A DNA stretch of 64,000 bases from Alphaproteobacteria bacterium UBA2966. GTDB lineage: Bacteria > Pseudomonadota > Alphaproteobacteria > UBA2966. Numbering within the stretch: position 1 is the first letter of the stretch; the number at the start of each line of letters is the position of its first letter. The translations under genes were made by a program, and so were the position numbers. The notes under the pieces are model-generated. The model did not search any database and was not told the origin of the DNA. It saw only the letters and a program-made list of their open reading frames with translations. Where the stretch lies: the NCBI GenBank assembly GCA_002348365.1, contig DEBC01000137.1, positions 21,821-85,820 of the forward strand. The letters run 5' to 3'. Below are positions 1-9,613 of the stretch, piece after piece.

Positions 1-89
1 CACCGACCGAGCCTCCCGCCCGGAGAATCGAACCCAGGGAAGATCCTGAATAATCTGGTCGCGCACGATGTCGGGGGTCGCACGGAAGC

Positions 90-683
90 GTGAACAAAAC
101 CGCAGAAAACACGCCTGTACCCGGTCCTGCCGCGGCATTGCTCATCGTCGATGTGCAGCGGGCGATTGACAATCCCAGCTGGGGCCCGCGCAACAACCCT
201 CAGGCCGAATCCAACATGTCCCGCTTACTGGCGGCGTGGCGGGCGCATGAAATGGCGGTGATTCATATCCGTCATGACTCGTTGGACCCACATTCAACTT
301 AACGGCCCGGGCAACCGGGCAATGCCTTCAAATCCGAGGTCCTGCCGATTGCGGGCGAAACCATAATCGCCAAGCGGACCAATTCCGCCTTTATCGGAAC
401 ACATCTCGAAGCTCACCTGAAGGAACACGGCCTAGGCCAGTTGGTGACAATAGGTGTAATTACAAATAACTCGGTGGAGGCGACTGTGCGAATGGCCGGA
501 AACCTCGGGTTTGAGACGTTCGTCGTCGCCGATGCGACCGCCACGGTCGACAAATCAGACCTGAGTGGGCACCTCTGGACAGCAGAAGAGGTTCATGCGC
601 TGTCGCTGGCCAACATGGCAGGCGAATATGCGACCGTGCTATCCACAGACGAGGCTCTGACAGCTGTATCCGCGACTGCATGA
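90..683 (+). pseudogene. Isochorismatase-family hydrolase interrupted by an in-frame TAA at 300-302. ORFs 90..302 and 441..683 are in the same frame and together give a full-length cysteine-hydrolase fold.
   Basis: Both ORFs share frame 0 (start positions 90 and 441 are both divisible by 3). Translation continues ...IHIRHDSLDPHST*RPGQPGNAFKSEV...VTIGVITNNSVEATV..., which is isochorismatase-like throughout. Confidence 0.55.
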
Positions 684-803
684 GCCTCACACCACGAATC
701 GAGTGAGAGCCTGCCATTCCGATTGCCTGTTTCAGACAGGACGCGATTCGCACATTTCGCAGCCTTTCAGCAGTTCGACGCCATCGAGTGACACATCGCT
801 TCG

Positions 804-1780
804 TCAGGAGTCGCCCATTACCTCTTTTACGGTCACAACCAGCTGATCGACGCTGGGGACTATCTTGTCCGCCAAGGGGGGCTGAAGGGCATGGGCACAT
901 CGAGAGCGGCCAACCGCCGGACCGGTGCAGACAGGTTCGAAAAGCAACGTTCCATCATCGCGCAAGCGATTTCCGCCGTGCACCCCGCCATCAAGGCATC
1001 CTCGGCGCATACCACCGCGCGCCCAGTCTTACGTGCTGATTCAGCTAAAATATCGACGTCGAGTGGCGAAAGGCTGCGTGGATCGACAACCTCGATATCG
1101 ATTCCCTCGTCCTCGAGCAAAATGCCCGCCTCTAAAGCCTTGTTGACCATCGGTCCGACGGCGACAACGATGACGTCCTCGCCCTCACGCTTGACTTCAC
1201 CCACACCGAGTGGGATGGGCTCGACGTCTTCAGGCACCGCGCCCTCCATACTGTACAGCCGCTTGTATTCCAGGAAGAGCACGGGGTCCGGTTCGCGGAC
1301 GGCCGTGCGGAACAACCCTTTCGCGTCGCGTGGCGTCGACGGCACGACAACATGCAAGCCCGGAACATGCATGAACCACGATTCGAGCGCCTAGCTGTGC
1401 TGCGCCGCCGTATACTGTGATAGACCGCAGGGAAGCCTGAGCACCATGGGAACGCTCGCCTGACCACCCGTCATGTAACGCATCTTCGCTGCCTGATTGA
1501 CCACCTCATCCATGGCACAGGTCACGAAATCGACGTACATGATCTCGGCAACCGGGCGCATGCCTGCCAGTGCAGCACCGACGGCAACACCCACAATGGC
1601 CGCTTCCGAATTGGGCGTCTCACGAATTCGATCAGGGAAGGCTTCGGCCATTCCTTTGGTCACCGCCAGGTTTCCGCCGTGGGTCGCGACGTCCTCGCCA
1701 ATTACAAATATGCTGCTATCGCGAGCCATCTCTTCGTGGAGTGCCTCGTTGAGTGCATCCCGGAAGGTCACGCTTCTCAT
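804..1780 (-). pseudogene. Pyruvate/acetoin/2-oxoacid dehydrogenase E1 component beta subunit (transketolase-like), disrupted.
   Basis: The N-terminal ORF 1391..1780 (MRSVTFRDALNEAL...) ends at an in-frame TAG (1391-1393) where homologues have Gln (…AAQHS*ALESWFMHVPGL…). A -1 frameshift at the G6 run 885-890 splits the C-terminus (…DVPMPFSPP | LADKIVPSVDQLVVTVKEV). Confidence 0.6.
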
Positions 1781-2608
1781 CGCGCCGCTCCGTCGGGTGC
1801 CGTGAACACGTCGGTCACGATCTCTGCGTCAGCCGGAAACGGGCTTGCCTCGGCGAACGCCACGGCAGCTCGAATCTCGGCCACGGCTGCGGACTGAATG
1901 GCCGCATCCTCATCCTCGCTGAGTTGCTTACGCTCCATAAGATAGGTCCCCAGAAGCTGGATCGGATCGAGTTCGTTGACCCAGTACGCCACCTCCTCTT
2001 TGTCGCGATACTCATGCAGATCGCCAAGGTTGTGACCATGGAAGCGGTATGTGACACATTCAATGAGCGTCGGCCCCTGGCCCGTGTGGGCGCGCTCGAT
2101 CGCGTCGCGGGCAACCTGGCTGACCGCCACTACATCCTGCCCATCAACCGACTCACCAGGAATGCCATAGGACGGGGCCATGTCCCTCACCGACGTAACC
2201 TTCGTCATGCGGGACTGGGGGATCCATTGCTGATACTGGTTGTTTTCACACACGTAAATGACCGGCAGCTTCCAGATGGCGCCCATGTTGATGGCTTCGT
2301 GGAACGTGCCGCGCTGCATGGCGCCGTCACCGAAAAAGCAGACGGTGACCCGATCCTCGCCCCTGAGCTGACTCGCTAGGGCCGCCCTTGGCAATGTAGT
2401 GACCGTGGCTGCGGTGGGTGCCCACCACATAGTCATCGGGCCGGAGGTGTGCACAGAAACCCACGGCCACCGCCTCTTCTCCGCAGTACATGTGGAATGC
2501 GCCCTGAACGTTGCCGAATGTGGCCTGCCGGTTCGCCTCTTCCTCGAACAGGCGGATACGCCACACCGTGCCGTACATCGCTTTGAGAGATTCCGGGCTC
2601 GGTTCCAA
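1777..2608 (-). pseudogene. ThDP-dependent 2-oxoacid dehydrogenase E1 alpha subunit (AcoA/PdhA-like), disrupted by an internal deletion and frameshift.
   Basis: The N-terminus has a TTG start at 2608 (…YGTVWRIRLFEE…THRSHGHYIAKGG). It then jumps frame directly to …ALASQLRGEDRVTVCFFGDGAMQRG…LPVIYVCENNQYQ… About 50 residues expected between IAKGG and the PLAxGAALA region are missing (junction ~2380-2400). The stop overlaps the E1β start as ATGA (1777-1780). Confidence 0.6.
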
Positions 2609-2704
2609 GGCTTGCCTCTGAGATTTTCGACCCCGCGCCAGGAGAACGTAAGGCGCGTGAGGTCGGTCCGTCCAGACCGGGCGCAGGCGTGGACGGGCGA
2701 GCCT

Positions 2705-3334
2705 CTACGCCTGGGCGCTGGGTCGGGCGCTGACGGACTCGTGCCAGCGCTGGACGTTGGGATGGCTGTCGAGGAGTCCCTCCACGACACGGGCGGCAAA
2801 GTCTACGGCTACCAATGCCGTGATATCGGCAACACTGAAATCCGCGCCCCCGACGTGCTCGCTTTCACCGAGACGCTCTTCGAGTAACTCCATGAAATAG
2901 GCGATACGTTTGCGTCCCCTTTCGGCCAAAGCGGGGATCTGCTCGTGGTCGACGGGTCCCGGCAAGGCACGCCCGGCAAAACGATGAATTGAGTTTCGAA
3001 GCACCTCGCCGACGGCGAGCATGGCGTCGACCTCAAGCTTGTGTTCCCACATCGAAATGGTTGCCTGTTCCACGGGTGTCGTTCCCAGGAGCGGCGGCTC
3101 CGGCTGAATGGCCTCGAGATACCGGATGATTGTCATGGCTTCACAGATGTGGGTCCCATCGTCGAGCTCGAGAACCGGCACCGTGCACCAGGGATTCACG
3201 GCACGGAACGCATCCTCGTGCTGCTCGCGCGCCATCAAATCGATCTCCTGTGTCGGCATGGAGATGCCCTTCTCCGCCATGTACATGCGCACACGCCGGG
3301 GATTGGGCGCGCCCTTGAAGTCATAGAGTTTCAT
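2705..3334 (-). CDS. Glutathione S-transferase.
   Basis: MKLYDFKGAPNPRRVRMYMAEKG…thioredoxin-like GST N-domain plus C-terminal helical domain. A strong RBS (AGGGAAGGAAAA) lies upstream of the ATG at 3332-3334. The longer ORF 2705..3445 only adds low-quality N-terminal read-through. Confidence 0.8.
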   Translation of the reverse strand: MKLYDFKGAPNPRRVRMYMAEKGISMPTQEIDLMAREQHEDAFRAVNPWCTVPVLELDDGTHICEAMTIIRYLEAIQPEPPLLGTTPVEQATISMWEHKLEVDAMLAVGEVLRNSIHRFAGRALPGPVDHEQIPALAERGRKRIAYFMELLEERLGESEHVGGADFSVADITALVAVDFAARVVEGLLDSHPNVQRWHESVSARPSAQA

Positions 3335-3364
3335 CTGGTTTTCCTTCCCTGTGTCACCGGCAAT

Positions 3365-3809
3365 TTCAGGCGGCATTCTGCCGGGCGCGTATCCAGTCGG
3401 CAAATGCGGACAGATGGGTCCCGATACGCTCCCGGGTAGGCTCATCCGTCAAATTGGTGTCGTCATCGAACAACCCCCCGGCACCTGAGATCATTACCTC
3501 CGGACGATTCATGATGAGGCCGTTGAGAAAAATGAACGGCTGCCGCAGCTGCTACTGACATCGCATTGTGCCGCTGCCGCCGGGACTGGCGCCCATGATG
3601 GCCATCGGTTTGGCATCGAACGGCTGATCCGGAGGGCGCGACGCCCAATCGATTGCGTTCTTGAGCACGCCGGGGATCGAGTAATTGTATTCCGGCGTCA
3701 CGATGAGCAGGCCGTCCGCCTCTCTGATTTGATCGCGGAGCCGGACCACCGCTTCGGGCATGCCATACTCAAGCCATTCGATGGCAGCGGTTTTACGCCG
3801 CAACTTCAA
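3365..3809 (-). pseudogene. NADPH-dependent FMN reductase (ChrR/YieF/ArsH-like) remnant. It is 5'-truncated, with an in-frame TAG and a +1 frameshift.
   Basis: …LIVTPEYNYSIPGVLKNAIDWASR…GSGTMRCQ* with TAG at 3552-3554 where homologues have Tyr. Translation then continues QLRQPFIFLNGLIMNRPEV…TRERIG and shifts at the C4/G4 run 3419-3422 into THLSAFADWIRARQNAA*. The N-terminal ~40 aa, including the GSxRxxSxN FMN loop, are absent, and only 89 nt separate this remnant from the next gene. Confidence 0.55.
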
Positions 3810-3898
3810 GGAGTTATCCCGACTTCTGCAAAATGATCTTCAGAAAATTACGCCTACAAACGCGAGAAGGCAAACGGCGTGCTGTTACGTTTCGCCGC

Positions 3899-4618
3899 CT
3901 AGCGCTTCTTCGAACGCTTTTTCGACTTTTCTCGTTGCTCGCGTGCCAGCGTATTGGCCAAGGCAGCCAGATTGGGCACGGTGTATGTCGGGGTGACACC
4001 AATGGGCAGCACCGGCTGGCGCGCACGATTTGTCCACGCCGTATCGAGGCCGGCGGTATCGGCACCAGTAATCTCCCAAAAATGCCCTGTCACCCAGAGG
4101 ATCTCACTCTTCTTGCAGCCTGCCTTCCGCGCCCCGAGGTTGAATACCTTTGGCGACGGCTTGAAGGCCTTGGCTTCCTCACCGCTTGAGATGATGTCAT
4201 CGAAATACTGCTGGATACCCGCATATTCCGTGTGATCCAGCAACATCTGCTTCGTCGGGTTTGCGACGATCTTGAGCTTAAGCCCGAGGCTCTTGAGTTT
4301 GCGCAGGGCACGCGGCACGTCCGGATAGGCGTGAAGCTTATGGTACTGGGACATCACGTCCTTGATGGCCTTCTCGGACAGCTTCACGTGATGGAGATCC
4401 AGGGCCCAGCGGAGCGCGGCTTCCGTCAATCCCGGATGCGGCACGAATCTGTCGCAAAGGGTCACGTAGAACATCGCCCACTTCTGCTGGAACCGCCAAT
4501 CGCGGGAGATCGCGTTCGACAGATTGCTTTCCCCGATGTAGGGCTCGAGCACTTCCGCGATGGAATAGTTGTCGACAAGCGTTCCCCAGCTGTCGAATAG
4601 CAGAACCTTATATTTCAT
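3899..4618 (-). CDS. HAD-superfamily hydrolase, type II 2-haloacid dehalogenase-like.
   Basis: MKYKVLLFDSWGTLVD… HAD motif I. It is intact and has a strong RBS (AAGGGAGGA) upstream. Confidence 0.8.
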   Translation of the reverse strand: MKYKVLLFDSWGTLVDNYSIAEVLEPYIGESNLSNAISRDWRFQQKWAMFYVTLCDRFVPHPGLTEAALRWALDLHHVKLSEKAIKDVMSQYHKLHAYPDVPRALRKLKSLGLKLKIVANPTKQMLLDHTEYAGIQQYFDDIISSGEEAKAFKPSPKVFNLGARKAGCKKSEILWVTGHFWEITGADTAGLDTAWTNRARQPVLPIGVTPTYTVPNLAALANTLAREQREKSKKRSKKR

Positions 4619-4984
4619 GCGGATCCTCCCTTAAGCCGCGATCCTGTCTCTGTGATTTGACCTGTTGCGCAAGGCCGGCTCCACCCGCGCGTGAATTCCC
4701 CGATGGCGGAGTCTGTACATTGGCAGGTCGCCTGTCTTCTCCGTTGCCTCGTGGCCGGGCTCAAAATCTTAGACCACGCCCAGTTAATCGAGGGACAGCG
4801 GCGCACAGACAGTTTGATTGCGCACGCCGCACTGCGCGCACATGTCGCCGAGTCCCACTTTGATTGATGGCTGTCCGGCCACAACCCACTCCCGTCGATT
4901 TTTCTGAACCTAACCTACGTTAAGGCTCACCGGCGAACAATCACCCAGATTTCCAGGCCAGGTAAAGCTTTCTACCAATCGAAA

Positions 4985-5365
4985 GTGATTGATGTGAGCC
5001 GTACAGCCCTCACCGTTCACGGATTTAGCCCAGACTCGCCGTTGTCGCCTTTCTTCGGGAAGGCACGTTATGTCCTGGTGGTCGATTCCGACGACAATCC
5101 GCTGTCCTTCACGCGAAACCGCACCTGGACCAGCAATTGGGTATGCAGCGCGATCGCGGAAGCTGATGTCGAGCGTTTGATCTGTGGCTTTATCGATGAC
5201 GAGTCACTGCATCAACTTCAGGAATCCAGTAACGATGTTCGCGTGGGACCCTGCTCGCGCCCTGCTATCAACCTGATCTGGGATTTTGTCGAGCTTCCAC
5301 GCGCATGCGGAACAAGATCTTCCGAAGTGCACCTCTATGTCGCGCAAGACAATACGGCCGAGTGA
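4985..5365 (+). CDS. Hypothetical small protein, possibly with a dinitrogenase FeMo-cofactor-binding-like (NifX/NafY-type) fold.
   Basis: The pattern …FFGKARYVLVVDSDDN…ICGFIDDESL… resembles the Nitro_FeMo-Co domain family. This is weak similarity judged by eye only. Confidence 0.35.
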   Translation: MIDVSRTALTVHGFSPDSPLSPFFGKARYVLVVDSDDNPLSFTRNRTWTSNWVCSAIAEADVERLICGFIDDESLHQLQESSNDVRVGPCSRPAINLIWDFVELPRACGTRSSEVHLYVAQDNTAE

Positions 5366-5450
5366 CCCCCACAAGAATCTGATCGCTGAACCCGAAAGCA
5401 TCGGGGCGCAACGCGAGTCTCCCACTGCAACAGCGGTCGTTCGACCTGGA

Positions 5451-5771
5451 TTAATGTCGCCAGGTCCAAGAACGTATCTTCTTGGTGCCATCGCCATCTA
5501 TCGCTTCGACGGCGAGAAGCGCTCCCATATCTTCTGAAACATAGATCTCCTTCGGGTGGCAAATGTTGTGCTCGTAGGACTCTGTGATCACTGCCAGCAC
5601 ATCATCCTGCGGGTCATAAGTCAGTCCGTTCAAGGGAATCCATTCAGCGGACACCTGTTGACCCAGATCGAGCGAACCAACTTCGATCTCAACTTCACGG
5701 GCTCCTAAACCCTTTGAAATGCTGTCGAAGTACCGTTGCCAGCTGCCCCGCTCAAGCTCTCTTGTCGACAT
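5451..5771 (-). CDS. Hypothetical protein, 106 aa.
   Basis: An internal ATG at 5769-5771 is preceded by a GAGGAG RBS. The longer ORF 5451..6287 runs antisense into the TauE gene and is rejected. Confidence 0.45.
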   Translation of the reverse strand: MSTRELERGSWQRYFDSISKGLGAREVEIEVGSLDLGQQVSAEWIPLNGLTYDPQDDVLAVITESYEHNICHPKEIYVSEDMGALLAVEAIDGDGTKKIRSWTWRH

Positions 5772-5979
5772 GAGATAACTCCTCAGAAAAATATATCTCT
5801 CTCGCCCGTCGTCCATGAGCGAGACTTTTAATTCCCTGCAAATTTCGACGACTCGTCGCCGGATTGCATTAATTGAGATTAGAGTCCGCCGGCTCTGGTT
5901 GAGGTGCAGCAAAGGACGCCACCATCCATTGACTTGACCTGGTAGAACGACGTCCTTAACGCTACCGGAACCATCAATC

Positions 5980-6738
5980 ATGCCAGATTCTCTCGCTCTT
6001 GTGATCATTGACGACCTACTGAATCTACGGCTTGTGACCGCTGCCATCATTGTCGCCGTGTCCGGAATCATGCGCGGGTTCACGGGCACTGGTTCCGCGC
6101 TGATCACGGCTCCACTCTTAACTCTGCTCTTCGGACCCCAGGCGGCCATCGGCACGGTTGCCCTCCTGGAGATCGGGATCGCCATCCAGCTCATGCCGGC
6201 TGCCGTCCGGCTGACACCGTGGCGGGTCGTCGCGCCGATGACGATTGCCGGCACGCTGCTCGTCCCTATCGGTGCTTGGGCACTCATCGTGGCCGACGCG
6301 GATGTGATGAAGCGAACAATCGCGCTGGTCGTCCTTGCGTCTTCCCTGGTCCTGCTGTCCGGCTGGCGCTATCCCGGACACCCGGCAGCAAAAGGTTCTG
6401 TGTCCATCGGCGCCCTCAGCGGTGTGCTGAACGGAGCAACGGCGATGGGGGGCCCACCGGTGACGCTTTATATCCTGGCCGCACCCTGGGCGATGGAAGT
6501 GGCACGCGCCGCACTGATCAGTCACGCCTGCCTGATCATGGTCCCCACCTTTGCGTCGCTGGCGATTGGAGGCGTTGTGACCTGGACGATCGTTGGACGG
6601 GCGCTTCTGCTGCTTCCCGTGTATGTCATCACGACCTGGATCGGCAGTCGGGCTTTTCGCAATGCCAATGAGGCCACATTTCGCCGAGCCGCCCTGTGGT
6701 TGCTGGTCGTGGTCGCAGTCGCTACGTTGGTGGCCTAA
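5980..6738 (+). CDS. TSUP-family anion exporter (TauE/SafE sulfite/sulfonate exporter, DUF81), copy 1.
   Basis: Polytopic membrane protein, …SGIMRGFTGTGSALITAPLL… with the internally duplicated 4-TM architecture typical of TauE/SafE. Confidence 0.8.
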   Translation: MPDSLALVIIDDLLNLRLVTAAIIVAVSGIMRGFTGTGSALITAPLLTLLFGPQAAIGTVALLEIGIAIQLMPAAVRLTPWRVVAPMTIAGTLLVPIGAWALIVADADVMKRTIALVVLASSLVLLSGWRYPGHPAAKGSVSIGALSGVLNGATAMGGPPVTLYILAAPWAMEVARAALISHACLIMVPTFASLAIGGVVTWTIVGRALLLLPVYVITTWIGSRAFRNANEATFRRAALWLLVVVAVATLVA

Positions 6739-6764
6739 CAGGATCACGAAAGAGTGTGGGTCGC

Positions 6765-7571
6765 GTGAAGGAAAATCCGCTAAGAGCTCTGTGGCGTGAA
6801 GATCGGACTGCCGTCAACGCGTGGTTGACCATCCCCAGTGGCCATTCGGCCGAGGTTATGGCCAACCAGGGATGGGACTCGGTTACCGTCGACACCCAGC
6901 ACGGGCTTATTCACTTCGATACTGCGCTCGAGTGCCTGCGGGCGATTTCAACCACAAATGCCGTCCCCATGGCGCGGGTACCCTGGAATGAACCGGGCAT
7001 CATCATGAAGCTGCTGGATTCCGGCGCCCTGGGGATCATCTGCCCCATGATCAACACCCCTGACGAGGCGGCCGAACTGGTTTCGTATTGCCGATTCGCG
7101 CACGATGGAGGGGCTCGCAGCTTCGGGCCAACACGCGCCCTGATGAGTGTCGGTCCGGACTACGTTAAGGACTCCAAGAATCTGGTTCTCGTGATCGGGA
7201 TGATCGAAACCCAGCAGGCCCTGGAAAATGTCGAGAGCATTGCGGCGACGCCTGGGCTCGACGGTCTCTATATCGGTCCTGGTGACCTCTCACTGTCTCT
7301 CGGCCTCACACCGCATCAGGATTCCCGGGAGCCGATCATGGTCGAGGCGCAGGAACGGATACTTGCGGCGGCGAAATCCAACGGTTTGATCGCCGGGATC
7401 CACAATGCCAGCGGACCATACGCACGTGAAATGGGCGAGAAGGGATTCGACCTTGTGACCGTCAGCAACGACACACGGCTGCTCGCTGCCGCCGCAAAAG
7501 CAGCAATTACGGCAGCACGCGGAGAAGATGGCTCCAACGCCGCCGATACCGGCTCCAGAGGTGGATACTGA
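6765..7571 (+). CDS. HpcH/HpaI-family class II 2-keto-3-deoxy-acid aldolase.
   Basis: …NAWLTIPSGHSAEVMANQGWDSVTVDTQHG… with the (βα)8 HpcH signature. A GTG start at 6765 is assumed; the ORF is open from 6696. Confidence 0.7.
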   Translation: MKENPLRALWREDRTAVNAWLTIPSGHSAEVMANQGWDSVTVDTQHGLIHFDTALECLRAISTTNAVPMARVPWNEPGIIMKLLDSGALGIICPMINTPDEAAELVSYCRFAHDGGARSFGPTRALMSVGPDYVKDSKNLVLVIGMIETQQALENVESIAATPGLDGLYIGPGDLSLSLGLTPHQDSREPIMVEAQERILAAAKSNGLIAGIHNASGPYAREMGEKGFDLVTVSNDTRLLAAAAKAAITAARGEDGSNAADTGSRGGY

Positions 7572-7585
7572 GGGAGATCACGGCG

Positions 7586-8569
7586 ATGAGCGGAAAGAAG
7601 GTGCTCGTCTGTGCCATGCAACTCCACAAGCGGCGTGGTCCCTGGCTGCAGAAATTGGAAGAGGCCGGATTTGAGGTCGAGTTCAATACATTGGGCCGAA
7701 AACTCACGCATGATGAGTTAATTGAACAATTGCCGGGTGCCTATGCCGCGATCGCCGGCAGCGAACCCTACGACGAGAGCTCCCTCTCGGTGGCCCCCGA
7801 ACTGCGAATTATCGCCCGCTGGGGCGTCGGCTATGATCAGGTCGACGTGGATGCGGCGACGCGTCACGGCGTCGCGGTTGCCATGGCGTTCGGCGCGAAC
7901 CACGAAGCTGTCGCCGATGCCGCCTTCGCGCTGACGTCAGCCCTGGCGAACGACGTCCTGCAATATCACAACCTGGTCGCCGGGGGCGGTTGGGGTGGTC
8001 GATATCACGTTGGACTTCATCGCAAGACCATCGGGATCGTGGGCCTGGGACGCATCGGGCGGGCCTTTGCCCGACGCTGCCGGGGGTTCGAGACGCGGAT
8101 CTTGGGCTACGACCCCCTCATTCCGCCTGACGCTGTGCAGGACCTCGGTGTCGAATTGGTAGCACTGGAAGAATTGCTCAAAGAATCCGACTTCATCTCC
8201 CTCCACGCGCCACGAGCACCGGAGACGGAAAATCTAATCAACCGGGAGACGCTCGCGCTGATGAAATCGAGCGCCTATCTCATCAATACATCCCGCGGCA
8301 ACGTCATCGACGAGGGTGCATTGGTCGAAGCGTTGACCAGCGGCGGGATCGCCGGCGCTGGGCTCGATGTGTTTGCGGCCGAACCTCCCGGCGACTCACC
8401 ACTGTTGAAGCTCGACAACGTTTTGTTGATGCCACACTCAGCCGGTGCGAGCGCCGATGCCGTAGAGGGCGTGTCGCAACGATGCGTCGATTCGATCATC
8501 GCCATCGATCGTGGTGAGAATCCGGGTGACGGCCTGGTTCTGAACCCCGAAGCACTGGCTGGTAGCTGA
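7586..8569 (+). CDS. D-isomer-specific 2-hydroxyacid dehydrogenase (NAD-binding).
   Basis: GxGxxG motif (IGIVGLGRIGRAF) and the catalytic R/E/H region (…LINTSRGNVIDEGAL…MPHSAGAS). The RBS is GAGGGAGA. Confidence 0.85.
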   Translation: MSGKKVLVCAMQLHKRRGPWLQKLEEAGFEVEFNTLGRKLTHDELIEQLPGAYAAIAGSEPYDESSLSVAPELRIIARWGVGYDQVDVDAATRHGVAVAMAFGANHEAVADAAFALTSALANDVLQYHNLVAGGGWGGRYHVGLHRKTIGIVGLGRIGRAFARRCRGFETRILGYDPLIPPDAVQDLGVELVALEELLKESDFISLHAPRAPETENLINRETLALMKSSAYLINTSRGNVIDEGALVEALTSGGIAGAGLDVFAAEPPGDSPLLKLDNVLLMPHSAGASADAVEGVSQRCVDSIIAIDRGENPGDGLVLNPEALAGS

Positions 8570-9601
8570 GTGGATCCCACATCAACCCGTGTGCTGGGCC
8601 GGTCGGGGTTGGAGCTGTCAACCCTGGGTCTCGGCAGCGCACCGCTCGGCGGATTTCGGGGCGCCATCCCTGAGGATGTTGCACTCGCCACCGTGCAATC
8701 AGCCTACGACGCGGGCATCACCTATTTCGATACCTCGCCATATTACGGCTACGGTCGTTCCGAACACCGGTTTGGCCAGATCCTTCGCCAGGTCGACCGA
8801 CAGAGCTTTGTCCTGTCGACCAAGATCGGTCGCGTGCTGAAGTCGATAGCGCCCAGCTCCGCTATTCCTGACGGTCATAGAGACGGCGGACTGCCATTCG
8901 CCGCGACGTATGATTACACCTACGACGGCACCATGCGCTCGATCGAGGATTCATACCAGCGCCTGGGTCTTCCCAGCATCGACATCGTCTTCATCCACGA
9001 CGTCGATCTCTATACGCACAAGGACCCGAGCCTGGTCGACCACTATTTCGGCCAAGCCATGGAGGGCGCCTATGTCGCCCTCGATGAACTTCGGCGTGCG
9101 GGAATAATTCGCGCCATTGGCGGGGGCCTGAACGATGCCGTGTCGTGTGCCCGGTTCCTACGCGCCGGAGATTTCGACTGCATGATGCTGGCAGGCCGCT
9201 ACACACTGCTCGACCAGCGTGCGCTCGATGACATGTTGCCACTCTGCGAAGAGCAAAGCGCTTCGGTCCTCATCGCCGGGCCCTTCAATTCGGGCATCCT
9301 GGCCACCGGCCCGGTCCCCGGTGCCAAGTACGACTATAGCGACGCTTCGGCCGATATCATGGCCAAGGCCGAGCGAATCAATGCGGTATGCCAGAAATTC
9401 GATGTGGCGCTGCAGGCAGCTGCCCTGCAATTTCCTCTGAGCCATCCGAGCGTCACTGCTGTAGTGCCCGGTGCCATGAAGCCTGAGGAGGTTCGCGCCA
9501 ACGTCGCCCACATGGAGGCATCCATCCCCTCGGAACTCTGGACTGAGCTCAAAGATGAGGGTTTGATCGCCGAAGCTTCGCCCCTTCCAGCGCCACAGTG
9601 A
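8570..9601 (+). CDS. Aldo/keto reductase (D-threo-aldose 1-dehydrogenase / pyridoxal reductase-like).
   Basis: …RVLGRSGLELSTLGLGSAPLGG…YFDTSPYYGYGRSEHRFG… AKR fold. The GTG start directly follows the upstream stop (tgaGTG). Confidence 0.8.
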   Translation: MDPTSTRVLGRSGLELSTLGLGSAPLGGFRGAIPEDVALATVQSAYDAGITYFDTSPYYGYGRSEHRFGQILRQVDRQSFVLSTKIGRVLKSIAPSSAIPDGHRDGGLPFAATYDYTYDGTMRSIEDSYQRLGLPSIDIVFIHDVDLYTHKDPSLVDHYFGQAMEGAYVALDELRRAGIIRAIGGGLNDAVSCARFLRAGDFDCMMLAGRYTLLDQRALDDMLPLCEEQSASVLIAGPFNSGILATGPVPGAKYDYSDASADIMAKAERINAVCQKFDVALQAAALQFPLSHPSVTAVVPGAMKPEEVRANVAHMEASIPSELWTELKDEGLIAEASPLPAPQ

Positions 9602-9613
9602 AGCCGGACCGTC

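Noticed and set aside
1777-2799. The 340-aa ORF looked like a single intact gene.
   Set aside because: Only the C-terminal ~210 aa (…LRGEDRVTVCFFGDGAM… onward) are E1α-like. The N-terminal 130 aa are out-of-frame read-through with no E1α similarity. The true E1α N-terminus lies in another frame (ORF 2327..2608).
3471-3480. The C6 run at 3474-3479 as the FMN-reductase frameshift site.
   Set aside because: Careful re-translation shows the frame is maintained through this run (…SGAGGLFDDDTNL…). The actual shift is at the C4/G4 run 3419-3422.
300-3554. In-frame TAA/TAG codons as evidence of stop-codon reassignment or a programmed recoding event.
   Set aside because: Intact genes in the same window terminate normally with TAA (TauE-1), TAG (rpe) and TGA (most others). 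The interrupted genes also carry frameshifts, a deletion and a truncation, so ordinary pseudogenisation (or local sequence error) is the simpler explanation.
4619-4984. The 366-nt intergenic region as a possible tRNA or ncRNA locus.
   Set aside because: No tRNA-like T-arm (GGTTCGAnTCC), acceptor-stem pairing or conserved ncRNA motifs are visible. It is most likely a promoter region for the HAD and hypothetical genes.
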